NCBI GenBank assembly: GCA_004764695.1
Contig: SMSO01000033.1
Coordinates: forward strand, 2,294,001 to 2,358,000
Direction: 5' to 3'
DNA from: Schizochytrium sp. TIO01
Lineage: Eukaryota > Protista > Bigyra: Labyrinthulomycetes
DNA: 64,000 nucleotides
Made by a program: the position numbers and the translations under genes. This document shows positions 48,896 through 60,470 of this stretch, in pieces. A model generated the notes under the pieces. It saw nothing but the letters and a program-made list of their open reading frames with translations, was not told the DNA's origin and ran no database searches. Positions within the stretch are counted from its first letter, which is position 1. Every line of letters starts with the position of its first letter.

Positions 48896-51390
48896 TTAAG
48901 TTTTGAAGTATATAGCAGCTAAGTGGTGTGTCTCTATGAGATCGTCTCAAGTACAATGGACACAAGACGAAAGCCTAGACTTCGACAATTCTGAGTCTTG
49001 GATAGGGCGATGGACTTGGAAGAACACGAGCAGATGTACTTGGACGAACACAAAAAGTGGATCAGAAATTAAAGAAGCTTGAATTTGCTAAGGTTTACTT
49101 AGAGAAAACCTTAGTAAGCGTTTTAGAAAGCCGCGAGCCTTGGAATCTCGAAATAGGTTCATAGAATTCTCTGGCGCAACAACCAAGTAGGGCTCTTAAT
49201 ATATCGCAATGATCTCTTCCTTGAATTCTTGAGGCTTGAAGTCAACGATGAAAAAGTTTTAAAGCTCCTCCCTTGTCGAAGAGGCTTTGGCACGCGTAAA
49301 ATCAATGGTGTCTTGAACTATGCCAAGTCGCAAACTGCAACCTCCGATGATCCATCAGGTCAGAATTTCTATTCGATGGCATAGTATTCTCTACAAGTGC
49401 TGCAATAGAAATTTTGCCATGCAAAAGACCATTGGCTACAGCCATAACTTACACTCCGCAGTTATAGCCGTTTTAATGAATGACCAGGCAATTTCTTGAA
49501 TGAATAATTGGATTTCTCCTACTCCGGCTGTCGGAGAATGTTTTTATTCCTTTCATTGTGATGACCGCCATCGCTACTTTTGAGAGGGCCATAAGAATAG
49601 AGAGTTTTATCTTCAAAACACGTCATCGCCAAGGTCCAATGAGCTAAACGGGGCACCATGATTCTCTTTACACGGGGAGGGAACAGCAGAGTAGAAGATG
49701 GATGACTCTCTTTGAATTTAAAAAGTTCACATTGCTCGAGAGGGTTCTTGAAAACTTTCTTCTTCTGTGTCCAAGTCCTACGTAATATTTGTGTGGCGAA
49801 AGAATGTGAAGCAAACCGTGTCGCGACGACGTTCTTAAATACTCACCTGTTTCACCTAAAGAATTTGCAAGTAAAGATCCTTCAAAAAGTTTGAGACACA
49901 TTTTGTGGGAGATCCTGAGCTCGAGTTTATCATTGCATGGTCAAGCAGGAGTTTCAACTGAATATTAGACTTGGCACATACTTGAGTATGTATCTGAGGA
50001 TATTCTAGCAAAGAAACTGGCAAAGAAACTGGCAAAAGCCCACTCGTATGAAACATGTCAGCCATATTGTTTAGTGTCTCTGCATAGGGATCCCGAAGAG
50101 GCTTTTCAGCGCGCGATATGTTACATGTTGCTGTCTCTGATAGGAGACACGTCTCAAGGATATTTCGTAGACATCTGCTGCGGTAGTTTCAGTAGATCCT
50201 CCTCTCCCCAAAATATGAACGCTCCGTCGCAAGAGCGATCTAATGGTGCGTATTTTTTGAACAATGAAGGGGGCTGTGGCTTTAATGTCAATCCGTTCAC
50301 CAGTTCGATTCCAATTGGGTAATCACAATGCGGACAAAATAATATTTTGCATTACACAAAACGTCGTTGCTGGATGCCACGTCGAGCATCTCCAGCATAA
50401 AGTCAGTCCTTATCGTACTGATAAGCATGGTCCGGTCTCCACGAACGCCATCACAGTCAATCCTTCATGTTAATATTAACAACTCATTCACGAGCATTGC
50501 CTATTTTTATACTAGAAACCTTCCATGTGCAATCTTGAATGAATTAAATTTCATATTCTCTAATGGACTTGCTATAACGATCTATATGCTATGATGGCCA
50601 TAAGTTTCATACTCAATCTCCAGATCTGCATACTTATCAATAGTCACGCCGATATTCGCCTCAGTCATCATGGTTTTCACAGGCTGGACCCGGAGGCGAA
50701 TTCTGCAAACCATCAACTGGAGACCCAGATTGAATAGACTCAGTCCTAAGTTCTTGTAATATTATTTGACCCCAACTCTAACCACCCCAATATTCGTTGA
50801 TCTCTATATTATATACAAGAAACAAGATTGTAATGTTTGTGAGGTATAATTCTTCTCCCCACGACAATGACTAAAGTGCAGATCTTCTCCCATTCACATG
50901 TAAATTCATCATTCTTTTATTTTGTGCACCCCCTACTCCACTGATAAAAAAAAATACTACTGACTCTTTATATCTAGATTATGATTTAATCTAATTTTAA
51001 ATAGAAATAAACACTCTCAATTTTAAAATTCGGGGACCGCCCATTTCTGTCTCTTGAAGTGTTGCATAATTGACTCTATCTGGGCAAAAGAAGGATGCAG
51101 GAATGACCAATTTTACCCCTTATATTAATGTTGTAAAACATGATTTTCATCGTATTCAAGAACATGCAAAATAATTTGACCCACCTTACAAAGATACTTG
51201 CAGAACCGCACCCCCCACCCACCCCCTTCTTTTTCGTCTGTACTGTGTGGGGTGTTCTGTGGAGGCTATACATTTTTTCTTGGACAATGGACCTTGTCAA
51301 CATTTTATTCCCAAATGTTAATTCTAAGTATTCTTTTCCTTTTCATCTCTACCTACGCTATCTCTTAGTGATTACCTTACACCAACTTAA
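48896..51390. mobile_element. Candidate decayed insertion element carrying a Ulp1-like pseudogene
   Basis: Present in duplication copy 1 and absent at the homologous point of copy 2 (about 53647). Ends read TTAAGTT...AACTTAA. No transposase was recognised. Confidence 0.4.
49196..50671 (-). pseudogene. Ulp1/SENP (peptidase C48)-like protease pseudogene
   Basis: Correctly ordered motifs RIMVPRLAHWTLAMTCFEDKTLYSYGPL (about 49665-49585) and H*NGYNCGV*VMAVANG (about 49478-49430), with several stops and frameshifts. Confidence 0.7.
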
Positions 51391-51558
51391 AATACTAAGC
51401 GACGCTTTGGAGTTTCTGTGCCAGGAAAAAATTCTTTGGAAAATAACCATTCGCATTCTCGTAGCACTCAATACAAGAAGAGTAACATTCGTCTGGCAAG
51501 ACGTGCCAGCACATGCTACCTATCTTTTCATTTGGTTATCGTTTTGTCATTGTTCTTT

Positions 51559-52113
51559 AATATAAACACTCAACAAAGTTGTCCTCAGACACTGGGTCAA
51601 TATGATCAACTCGAGGAATTCGAAGCGTTCACTGATGTAGGCAACGATGATGAATTGGACCCCAAGGACATTCGGGATGGAGCAAGACTGACTCATTTGG
51701 GAGTAGAAGCCGTTGTCTCTCAGACCTGCCAATTATTCAACCCCGAACGATGGACGCCTGATATCTTTGCCGATGCTTTCCGAGAGGCGCCAACTCCTGC
51801 GTCTAGTGTATCTTGTAGAATGATGAGTAATCCTAGGCGGGGTAGCTCCTTCTCTGGAAGTATTTTTTGCCTCTGCTGGCACTTGGCACCGTAGAAGGCT
51901 AGAGGGGGATCAGGGGGGTACCGCGTCAGAGATTGATTTCCTTGCAGCTTTTCATGAAGAAAGTGCATCAATAGAAAATGGGACACCCCGCCCGAGCACT
52001 GCTGGAGAGGACAGCCATCGCTCGAAGCAATCAACTTCCTCAACGCCAAGATCTCGAAACGGATCAGGCTCCAAACCTAGCGTCCGGACAACAATTGATC
52101 TTACCGAGAAGTG
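51559..52113 (+). pseudogene. 5'-truncated, internally deleted copy of the 3' part of gene A
   Basis: Matches 46750-47751 but lacks about 47052-47495; the frame shifts after the deletion. Confidence 0.88.
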
Positions 52114-52285
52114 AGCACAACAAAGTAATGATTTGCAGAAGTACTATACTGTTTTGTGCAAATATTTCTAAGTATATGCAAACTAGCTCGCGTAGTTGAC
52201 TTGAGAACATTTATGCGTTAAGATTAGATTTGAGTATTTTGGGGATGTATCTGTGAGCTGCAGAAATTTACTTTCTCTTGTAAAT

Positions 52286-53152
52286 CTACTTTTTCTTGAT
52301 CTTGAGTTTCTCCAAACGCTCTTGCAAGCGCCTGTCTTGCTCTTCGAGAGCAAGACGCCGTGCGCGCTGGACAACTGATTCTGCTTTGGTGGCAGAGCTA
52401 GCAGAAGTGGGGGGTGCAATAGATGAAGGCGCGTCATTGGGAGGTTGCGTGGATGCGCTCACAGGTGAAGGAGTTGCGGGCAGACGAACCTCTGGTACAG
52501 TCGTAGGGAAAATCTTTGGAGTGTCAGCTTTTCGTTCAAAATTTTGCCTAGATGGAGTCTTATTTTGCGCTGCTGACAATTCAGGTTTTGTTGGCTCAAT
52601 TAGATTCACAGGCTTGTATGAGGCAGGAGGCTTGTCATCTTGCCCACCAACTTCTTCTTCTTCTTCTTCTTCTTCGCTCCTCTCAAAGTCATCTTCGGGA
52701 TTGCATGGCACCTCATCGTCAGCAACAAGGTCATCATTATAGCGGGTAGGCGAGGGAGTCCTGGCCTCCATCCCGCCCCTCTTTGATTGTTTCTTTGTCT
52801 CGCTAAGAAGCCTTTTGTTGAACTGTTCCATGGTCTCAGAATCAACGTCGCGGTTATAAAAGGTCGATCCGGCACAAAGGACGAACAGAAGCGCAATCAC
52901 CATGTACTCCTTGACAGGAATTCCAGGTGCAAGCTCAAGACCAATGCCGATTTGGATTGCAGCAAGTGGCATGAGCATTGGTGCATATACCTTGCACATA
53001 CCGAAGCTCAATGCTCCTCGAATGAGGCACAATAGGTCATCAAACTCGCCAGAAACTGCTTCACTAGTCACCTGCAGAATAGGATTATGGGTTGCAAGGT
53101 ATGCTTGACCTAAAGCGAAAAGGCCAAGACCTGCGAGTTGCCGAGCCACCAT
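52286..53152 (-). CDS. Hypothetical membrane protein, paralog B2 (288 aa; TM N-terminus, acidic/Pro-rich linker, basic C-terminus)
   Basis: ATG-initiated ORF with hydrophobic segments and C-terminal RLQERLEKLKIKKK. Confidence 0.75.
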   Translation of the reverse strand: MVARQLAGLGLFALGQAYLATHNPILQVTSEAVSGEFDDLLCLIRGALSFGMCKVYAPMLMPLAAIQIGIGLELAPGIPVKEYMVIALLFVLCAGSTFYNRDVDSETMEQFNKRLLSETKKQSKRGGMEARTPSPTRYNDDLVADDEVPCNPEDDFERSEEEEEEEEVGGQDDKPPASYKPVNLIEPTKPELSAAQNKTPSRQNFERKADTPKIFPTTVPEVRLPATPSPVSASTQPPNDAPSSIAPPTSASSATKAESVVQRARRLALEEQDRRLQERLEKLKIKKK

Positions 53153-54072
53153 CTTGACTCTATTTTGAGATTTCCCGAGGTTCTTCGTGAGTAAAACCGC
53201 TATTCGGAAATTGCGTCAATCGTCAGGTTTGAGAAGCAAGACTTACCTCAAGGTGACTCAAAGTTTGGGGACGGTCGACGTAAGCAAAGGCTGGTTTCCG
53301 CAGGGTAACAGCTTTTGGCTGGAGTGGTTGCACCCGCTTGAGTGTTGCCTATGCGCAGATTCAAGTTGTGGCTCTGTTGCAGAATACCTCTGAGAGTACT
53401 GATTCCAAAGTCCTACTGTTCACACTAGATAACATTTACGTGGACATTGTAATAGTAGCACTAGTTACCAACCTAGCTAGTCGATTATGTTCCTGGCAAT
53501 CCTTCCAGAGTAGCTGTTGCCAACCAGATGGCACTACTCGACTCAGGTAATCCAGAACCTAGTGTTATAGGCATGTTTTTCGGCGTTGACGTGATTGAGG
53601 AATTGCTTTTTGACAAAGCTTGTAGTGTTGTTGCTAGCTTGTCAAATAGCTAATAAGCGATCCTCTGGAGGTTCTGTGTCAGGAAAGAACTCTTTGACTC
53701 ATTGAAAAAGAAACATTCGTATTCTCGTAGCACATAATGCAAAAAGAGTACCATTCGTTTGGCAAGATGTGTCAATACACCCTACCTATCTTCTAGTCTG
53801 GTTCTCCTTTTGTCATTATTCTTTACTTATGCATGCAATACAGCTAGTTCATCTCTATTTCTAAATGGAAGAGATTATATAAAGGCTTTTCACAAAATAG
53901 AAGAGCAAACTTGATTCATGTATGCTTCCGTCCCGCGAAAATGCAAATGGCACTTCAAATGAAACTTTCGATAGTCGATCAGCGCATCATGTTATTTTTA
54001 CAAAAATTAATCACAATGTCTTTTATTTAAATTTGGAAACCTTTATCTCAGGGCCAGTGACACAGCCCATAA

Positions 54073-54991
54073 TTAAGGGCTTTCGGGCAAAGGCTCAGCA
54101 AGTCCATCATCATCAGCAGATTCGTAGTTGGTTTGAGGCGAAGAAACAGAATTCGTTCTACCTACAGGAGCCACGCGATTGTCATGGCCCTCAAAACTAA
54201 CGTGGGGAGTTTCAGAACCAGGGGAATGTGGACTATCGTCGCTGTCCCTGACGCTGCTGCAGACGCTGCTGACGTCGCTATCGCTGTCGCCGTTGCTGCT
54301 GTTATCGATTGCTTCTTTCGAGAGCGTAGACCCAGGCGGTTTCTTAGATGGTTTCTTTGGAGTTTCATATTTGTGCGAGTCTCGATTCTTCTTTCCATCA
54401 AAACTAGATGTACTCGCATCCTGCTTTTTCACCTTTGGGTTCGTCGAAGTTGGGTTCTGCGGGGTTTTCTTTGGATCTTTTCCCTTTGGATCCGTCGGGG
54501 TTGGGTTCTGCGGTGTTTTCTTTGGATCTTTGGACTTTTGCCCAGTCTTGACGTTTTTTCCTTGAGAAGAACTCGAGTTTTCACCCTTTGTAGGAGATGG
54601 TTGTGGATGCGTCTTTGGGGTTGTTCCTGAGGAAGGTTTCTTAGACGAATTCGTGTGCGATCCTGCGGGTGGCTTCTCAGGCGAGTTCGAATCTAAACAT
54701 GGCTTCACAGGTGTTTTGGGGGTCGAGAGTTCCTTCTTAAACGGCTGAGATGTAGTATTGCCAGAGTTATCACCTCCTGGATGACCTTTCGCAGGTTTTT
54801 TGGCATTTTTCTCAGCCTCACATTCTGTGTTCAACAATCTCAAACAAGATTTATAGAGAAAGCCTCTGGTCAGTCTGCATATCCATACATCGCTACTTCA
54901 AACAAAGCATTGTTTACATACCTGTGCTGCTAGAAACAAAAAACCATATCGCATATGCGATAACGCCTGCAAAAACTACTCCGACAATCAT
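54073..54991 (-). CDS. Signal-anchor protein with K/P/S/T-rich tail; exons 54991-54922 and 54824-54073
   Basis: Exon MIVGVVFAGVIAYAIWFFVSSST, then a GTATGT...GACTGAC...CACAG intron joins in frame to the 54073-54843 ORF. The tail has two 17-aa repeats beginning KDPKKTPQNPT. A further upstream exon is possible. Confidence 0.7.
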
Positions 54992-57900
54992 TTGAGAGGC
55001 AGTGAGCCTTGGGGTCTCTGAAACCCCGAGCTAAACTCTTATAATCTACAGCGTGCAGTTCAACAGGAAGTGCAGGACGGTGAGGCACCCAGGCACTGCA
55101 AATACATGCGAGACTTGCGAAAGGGTTTTGCTGGTTTCCCTTGTTCATTCTGTTTATTCTTTTTTCCAAACATGAAGAAAGGGAAACAGTATTGTAGGCC
55201 CTAGTACTAGTAGGTACCTACTAAGGAAACTACTAAGGAAACTACTCGTCCAAACTATTGTTTTCAGTAGCCCTGCATACACTTTCAATAACTCGATGTG
55301 GCTCGTGCAGCAAATCCTTTTTGTGAGTTACTTTCTTCCATCGCAAAAATCTAAGAAGAAGTAGCTTTGCCTAACTTCAACTTAGTTTGGCAAAAAAAAA
55401 TGCTGACAAAATCAAAGCTTACAGCAAAGAAAGCCTATATCTCAATATCACTCCTTGAGGACCTCAGCTAGACTTAATTAGAGATAACCTTAGACACTGC
55501 TACTAAGATTTTTGTTGGATGAGACTCCTTGTCTTGTAAGTTAAAGGATTCAGAAAATACACCTCGAATAAAAAATTGTCATTTGTATGGCTATTACACT
55601 CGTAGTCACGCAGACTATTGATTGTAGCTTAGATGTCCGCAAGTCATAATTTATACCGCCGACTCCTCTTTTGGCTGGATTTCCTCATTTACTTTTACTT
55701 TAATATATATAAAAATAAATACTCCAGAAAAGGATTGAATGGACTCCTAATTTTAAACATTTTTTTTTTCCTTTTTGTCTATCTAACAGATACCCAGGCA
55801 CCATGTCGTACTTTTTCTTCTTTCAATAACTTCTCTCTTTCTCTCTCTGCAAACCCTTGAAAGTCCAGAAGGTCAGGCAGTCACCATGGAGGAATGGCTA
55901 GAGCGTGGGGACATATCACGTGACACCACGGGATGCCCAGTAGTAGCCTTTCTCTGCTTTGTCCTCGGCACAAGCGAACAAGAGAACTAGGTCCTGCACG
56001 GGCTGCGCCGACTGAATACCCCTGGTCTTCTTTTATATTTCCTTTTTTAAAATTAAAAAGCCCCAATCCACTTTCTTTTTTTCTCGAGAGCGCCGGAGAC
56101 AGAGGTGAACAGCCAGCTGACTAGCCTAAGTTTTGTCTTCAATTTTCGCAGTTCGGGCCGCACTGACATGGGACGGATAGCAAACGCCAACCCGCGTCGC
56201 CTCGGTCGTATCATGAACGCCATCGCAATCGCGGCACCAGCCAGTAGCGGAACAGTGGAAGAGTCTTTCGAGAGTTATTCTCATCGCGCAGAACCATGTA
56301 ATACTAACTATTACCAGGTACCTACTACCCAAAGCTTTTAGTTAAAAGACCAAGAGCCGATACGTACCTTTAAGTAAGTCGTCAGTGTGTGTAACTTTTT
56401 TAATTGAAGGGAGGCGCCTTGAACTGGTGAGAATCACGCCTGTCGTTTCCATTCGTACATGTCAGATTTGGGTCAAGTTTAGGAATAGCAGTATTTATTG
56501 GCAGTGCTTCCTTCAACGGACGAAGCGATTTCTGGACGACACAGTCTGAGAGAAAGACATTTTTTAACAGTTTGGGAGCATTCGAGCTGCCCAAATGTTA
56601 AAATGAGGACTTGCAAAACTCAGCTGCGTCAGGGTAAGAAAACCGACCTGGGGAGGAGACAATGAGACAGTGGCGAAGCAGTCGAAGGAGGTAGCGTTTG
56701 GAGGAGCAGGACTCCCTTCGGCTTCGATTGACTGGTCTGATGAAGAGCTAATACTCATTTGCACAACGAAGTACATCTGACCTGCGCTACTCCGCGACTG
56801 ACGAGTGGCGCCACTTTACAAGAGCAGGAAAGAGTGATTGAAAGGAAAGAAGGAAACGAAAGCGAGTGGGAAATTCGCAACTTTTGGTAGTAGTGGAGGC
56901 TTTGGGTTGCTGGAAAGTTGCGAAGAACACTTCTCTGTTGAAATGATCCAAGGCGATTGTAAGAGCCAGCCTCACAGCAGAAGAGATCTCATGCCATGCC
57001 ATGCTTCGCGCCGTCATTGGGTCATCGCGCGAGGGCCGCCTGAAAGTGAAAGTGTCTGAAAGTGCAGCTGCGTTACACATCGCAGCGATAAACAAGAGGA
57101 GAGCTAAGGTTCTGCGCCCGAGATAAATATAGCCTTCTCCATGTGTAGCGGCCATAAGAAATGTGGTTCTCTGCGTGTGCAATGACCATGGAATCGAGAC
57201 CTTGGTATTAATTAGCTAGCTAGCTAGGTTGGTACCTACTACGTACTCCGTGTCTTGAAAGAGTGTGTTGCTTTCTTCGTCCGAAGCTGGAGCGCGACGG
57301 AACACTGTGAATCTGTTCTGATCTCTCGAATTCTCAAAGGTAAAGTGTGAGATAGAAATCAGTTCAGGGCTGAAGACACTAGTTCAATTGAATGCGCTGG
57401 CGTGAGCCATAGACCGTTCATGGTATGATGAGCACAGACCAATAGATGTCCAAACTTAGAGATTGAGAGAGTGTTTAGTCTTTTTCACCTAGGCAGTGCT
57501 CCACAACCCAGCTTGCTCTTCGAGACGTGACTGGAGGTAAACATGCAGTTGCATTTTAGCGGCACTGGGTGAACTTGATTGTGTACTCTAGACCTCTCGT
57601 TTTAAGCCTCTTAGAAATAAGTTAAGTGTGGAGAAAGGTTATTTTTCAAAGAGGAAAATCATTGCTACATGGTGCTGGGAGGATAGAGAGAGTCATCAGA
57701 ATTTTGATTTTAGTTTAAGTAAATAAGAAACATTTCTCAGGCATTAATGAAACATAACACTAATTTATGAAAAAGAGGAGAAAGAAGAAAGAAATAATTA
57801 ATTTATATGAAGAGTCAGTTTCTCATCAGAAGAGATCTATTCTTCATGATCATTGGTGAACTTCGTGAAAAAGTGGTCAGGAGTGAGTCACCAAGAAATA

Positions 57901-60470
57901 GTTCCGCATTGACATAGTATAATATGGAACACGCGTACGCTAGAGATGGCAACCCATCATGTCTCAAAGCGGTGGAACTTACGCTGAAGTCGCGAAACAG
58001 CCCATTCTCTGGACCATCTTACGTTTGGAGTGCCATTGCTCTTTCGAAGAAAGAAAGAACAAAAGGTATTATGTGTAGGGATACGGTTCTGGTGTCCTGT
58101 GCAAACACGTGTGGCTAAAGTGATGTAGGAATAGTCATATGAGTAAGATTAGTCATTCTGGATGAATGGATGCATATAGTAAGGCTGGTAAGGCATTAAA
58201 ATTTTACTTCTTTCGAAGTTGGAGCAGATATTAACCCAGCGCGAGATAACACTATTTTCTTGAAAGAAGCACCGCGGGTGAGAATAAATTAGAATCTTGA
58301 ATTGAATACCAAAGAGTGTTCAGCTTGAAATCAAGGAGTAGACAAGTCGTCCTAATTATGGTGGTTTGGATTACAAAGCATTTATGATTTGATTGAGGCG
58401 AAATAACATACTGAAGAAAGTTATTATGTTTAAGCACTGTCTTGGACGCCCACTTTTGCTACTACTATCTTAGAATCTGGCTATTTAAGAAGGGTTGGAG
58501 AAAGTTACCTCTTGGCACGCTTGATTGTATGTTTTGGGCTGTGCTTATACCATACCAAATCTTTTCATGCAACAGTATACAGAGGAAGGAGCAACCACTA
58601 ACTCATAAAGGAAAGCGCGGATAACCCTACTGGAAGTGTGCAGTCAAAAATAGTAGAGATACATTGTCCTCGAGAATAGTTTGGGACAAGAATAGGATAC
58701 AGCGCAAGCACGACACTCTGAACAGAAAAAAGCAGGAAATCACTTTATCTTGGCTTACGCCATGTAGTGCGTTAACAAGAAGTAGAAACTTGGGCTTGGA
58801 CCATTTGTGATCCTGACTTGTCAAAAACACTTCAATTGGAATTTTGGTTTTGGTGTTGGCGATTTATCATTACTATTATTTTACATAATACGAAGAGTTC
58901 ATGATAGGAACTTCAAAGTGTCAATATTAAAAATTACACAATCTGTAAGGTAGTAGTGCACATTCAAAAAACAAGGAATCAATATCCCCCGAAGACACGT
59001 GGCCAAGCCTACTTGCATGGCGGCAAAGTATCTTCATACGCGCATGGAATTTGCACGCAAGTATCGTACTGGACCAAGACAGCATCTTAATATTTCCATA
59101 TCCCAGACACGTCTTGAGGCGAGAGGGAGTGTACACTACCTAACTACTTCCTAGCAGACTACTAGGCATTCCCAAAGCAAAGGCGAGAAAAAATCGTTCC
59201 TACTACCTACCATACAGTACTATTATTACACCTAAGTAGCGGCTGCGTAAAGAACAATAAGAATGAGAACGGTGCGCTCACGTAGAATTGAACTTTTAGA
59301 ACTTGCGAAACTTGCATTTCATTTCCTACGGTGACAAAGTGGTGCTGAGGCCCAATCGCGGTTTACAATAAACGCGCGACTCAAAGACAGCTCTTAAATC
59401 GTGTCCTTGGATAGGCGGCGGACAACGATGCCTCTGGCGGTGTGAATATCACGATCGGCTACGTCTTTGCATTTTTTTTGGGGGGGGGTTGAAAACCTTG
59501 GATGTTGCGAGCTTGTCGTGGGTGGAACCACATTCATTGCATGGTTTTGGAGTGCGATTCTCTCGGCAAATGATCAATTTGCACCACTGGAGGAGAAAGC
59601 TCGGCTTTGTGGATGAGCGCTTGGCGGAAGGAAGCCAACCAACCAACGAACGAACGAACGACACATCATTCGAGCTGTCTTGATTTTGGTCCATCTTGTT
59701 GACTTGCTGAGGTTTCAAATTTCGAAAGGACAACGCTGTAGTTTTCGCAGAGTCACCAGGGCACGCAAGCCCGGACTTTGAAGTTGACCACTTGCTTTGC
59801 CGATGTCTTTGTAGATAGCGGAGGCGTCTGGATAGGCACACCAACCTGGCATTTGGAATTCTCCCTTTGCTTGGCAAAGGACAGACACTATGGCGTGGAT
59901 AGTGGCTCGGTCAGTGCTGCGTTGCTCGCGGCCGCCGGAATAAAGGGTAGCCATAGACGCCCTCAACGTCGTCACTTGCGCACATGCGATTGCCTCCTGG
60001 GAAGCACCCGAAGGGCTCTTGCTGAGGCGCCAGACTTCTGGTTGAAGTACTTGGATAATTTGAGTTGAAGGTTTGATTCACTTGTAGTGTCTGGAGCTTA
60101 GTGGTTCCTTGGCCATTCCAGTTTCTTACCCAACCTCCACATCTCAAGAAATCAAGGAAGACCTGAATAACTAAAATATCTCATTTATATGAAATAGTAG
60201 AGGTTATATGAGTTCTAACGTTGTCGTAGGTACTGTTAACAAGTGCCGTTAGACCTATTAATGGAAATAGGCCGCTATCGGTTCGCATGCAATGGGCTTG
60301 TTAGAAGCGAGCGAGACTTGAGGCAAAGACATCGTCTTCGCGTGAGACTGCGAAGGCTGCGTCTCTCAAGCGGTGTTATCCTGGGATTTACCATCCGCGC
60401 CAGCGAGAGGCGTTCGCAGGATATTGTCCTAGTCTCGATCGGGGAAAGCAGTGTCTAGTTCTTTTCCACG

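Larger units (their letters stand above)
46750..53827. repeat. Tandem segmental duplication: copy 1 about 46750-51558 (including extra segment 48896-51390), copy 2 about 51559-53827
   Basis: Collinear matches: 46750-47051 with 51559-51860; 47496-48680 with 51861-53380; 48790-48892 with 53540-53647; 51390-51558 with 53648-53827. Confidence 0.93.

Noticed and set aside
48896-51390. piggyBac assignment from TTAA at both ends
   Set aside because: No CC..GG-type termini or transposase seen, and the empty site does not show a clean TTAA.
51418-51894. 158-aa chimeric ORF across the duplication junction
   Set aside because: Non-ATG start in non-coding flank, running into the truncated gene A copy; treated as a pseudogene.
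59449-60147. Overlapping 60-140 aa ORFs upstream of the dynein gene
   Set aside because: No motifs and mostly non-ATG starts; cannot be told from chance.
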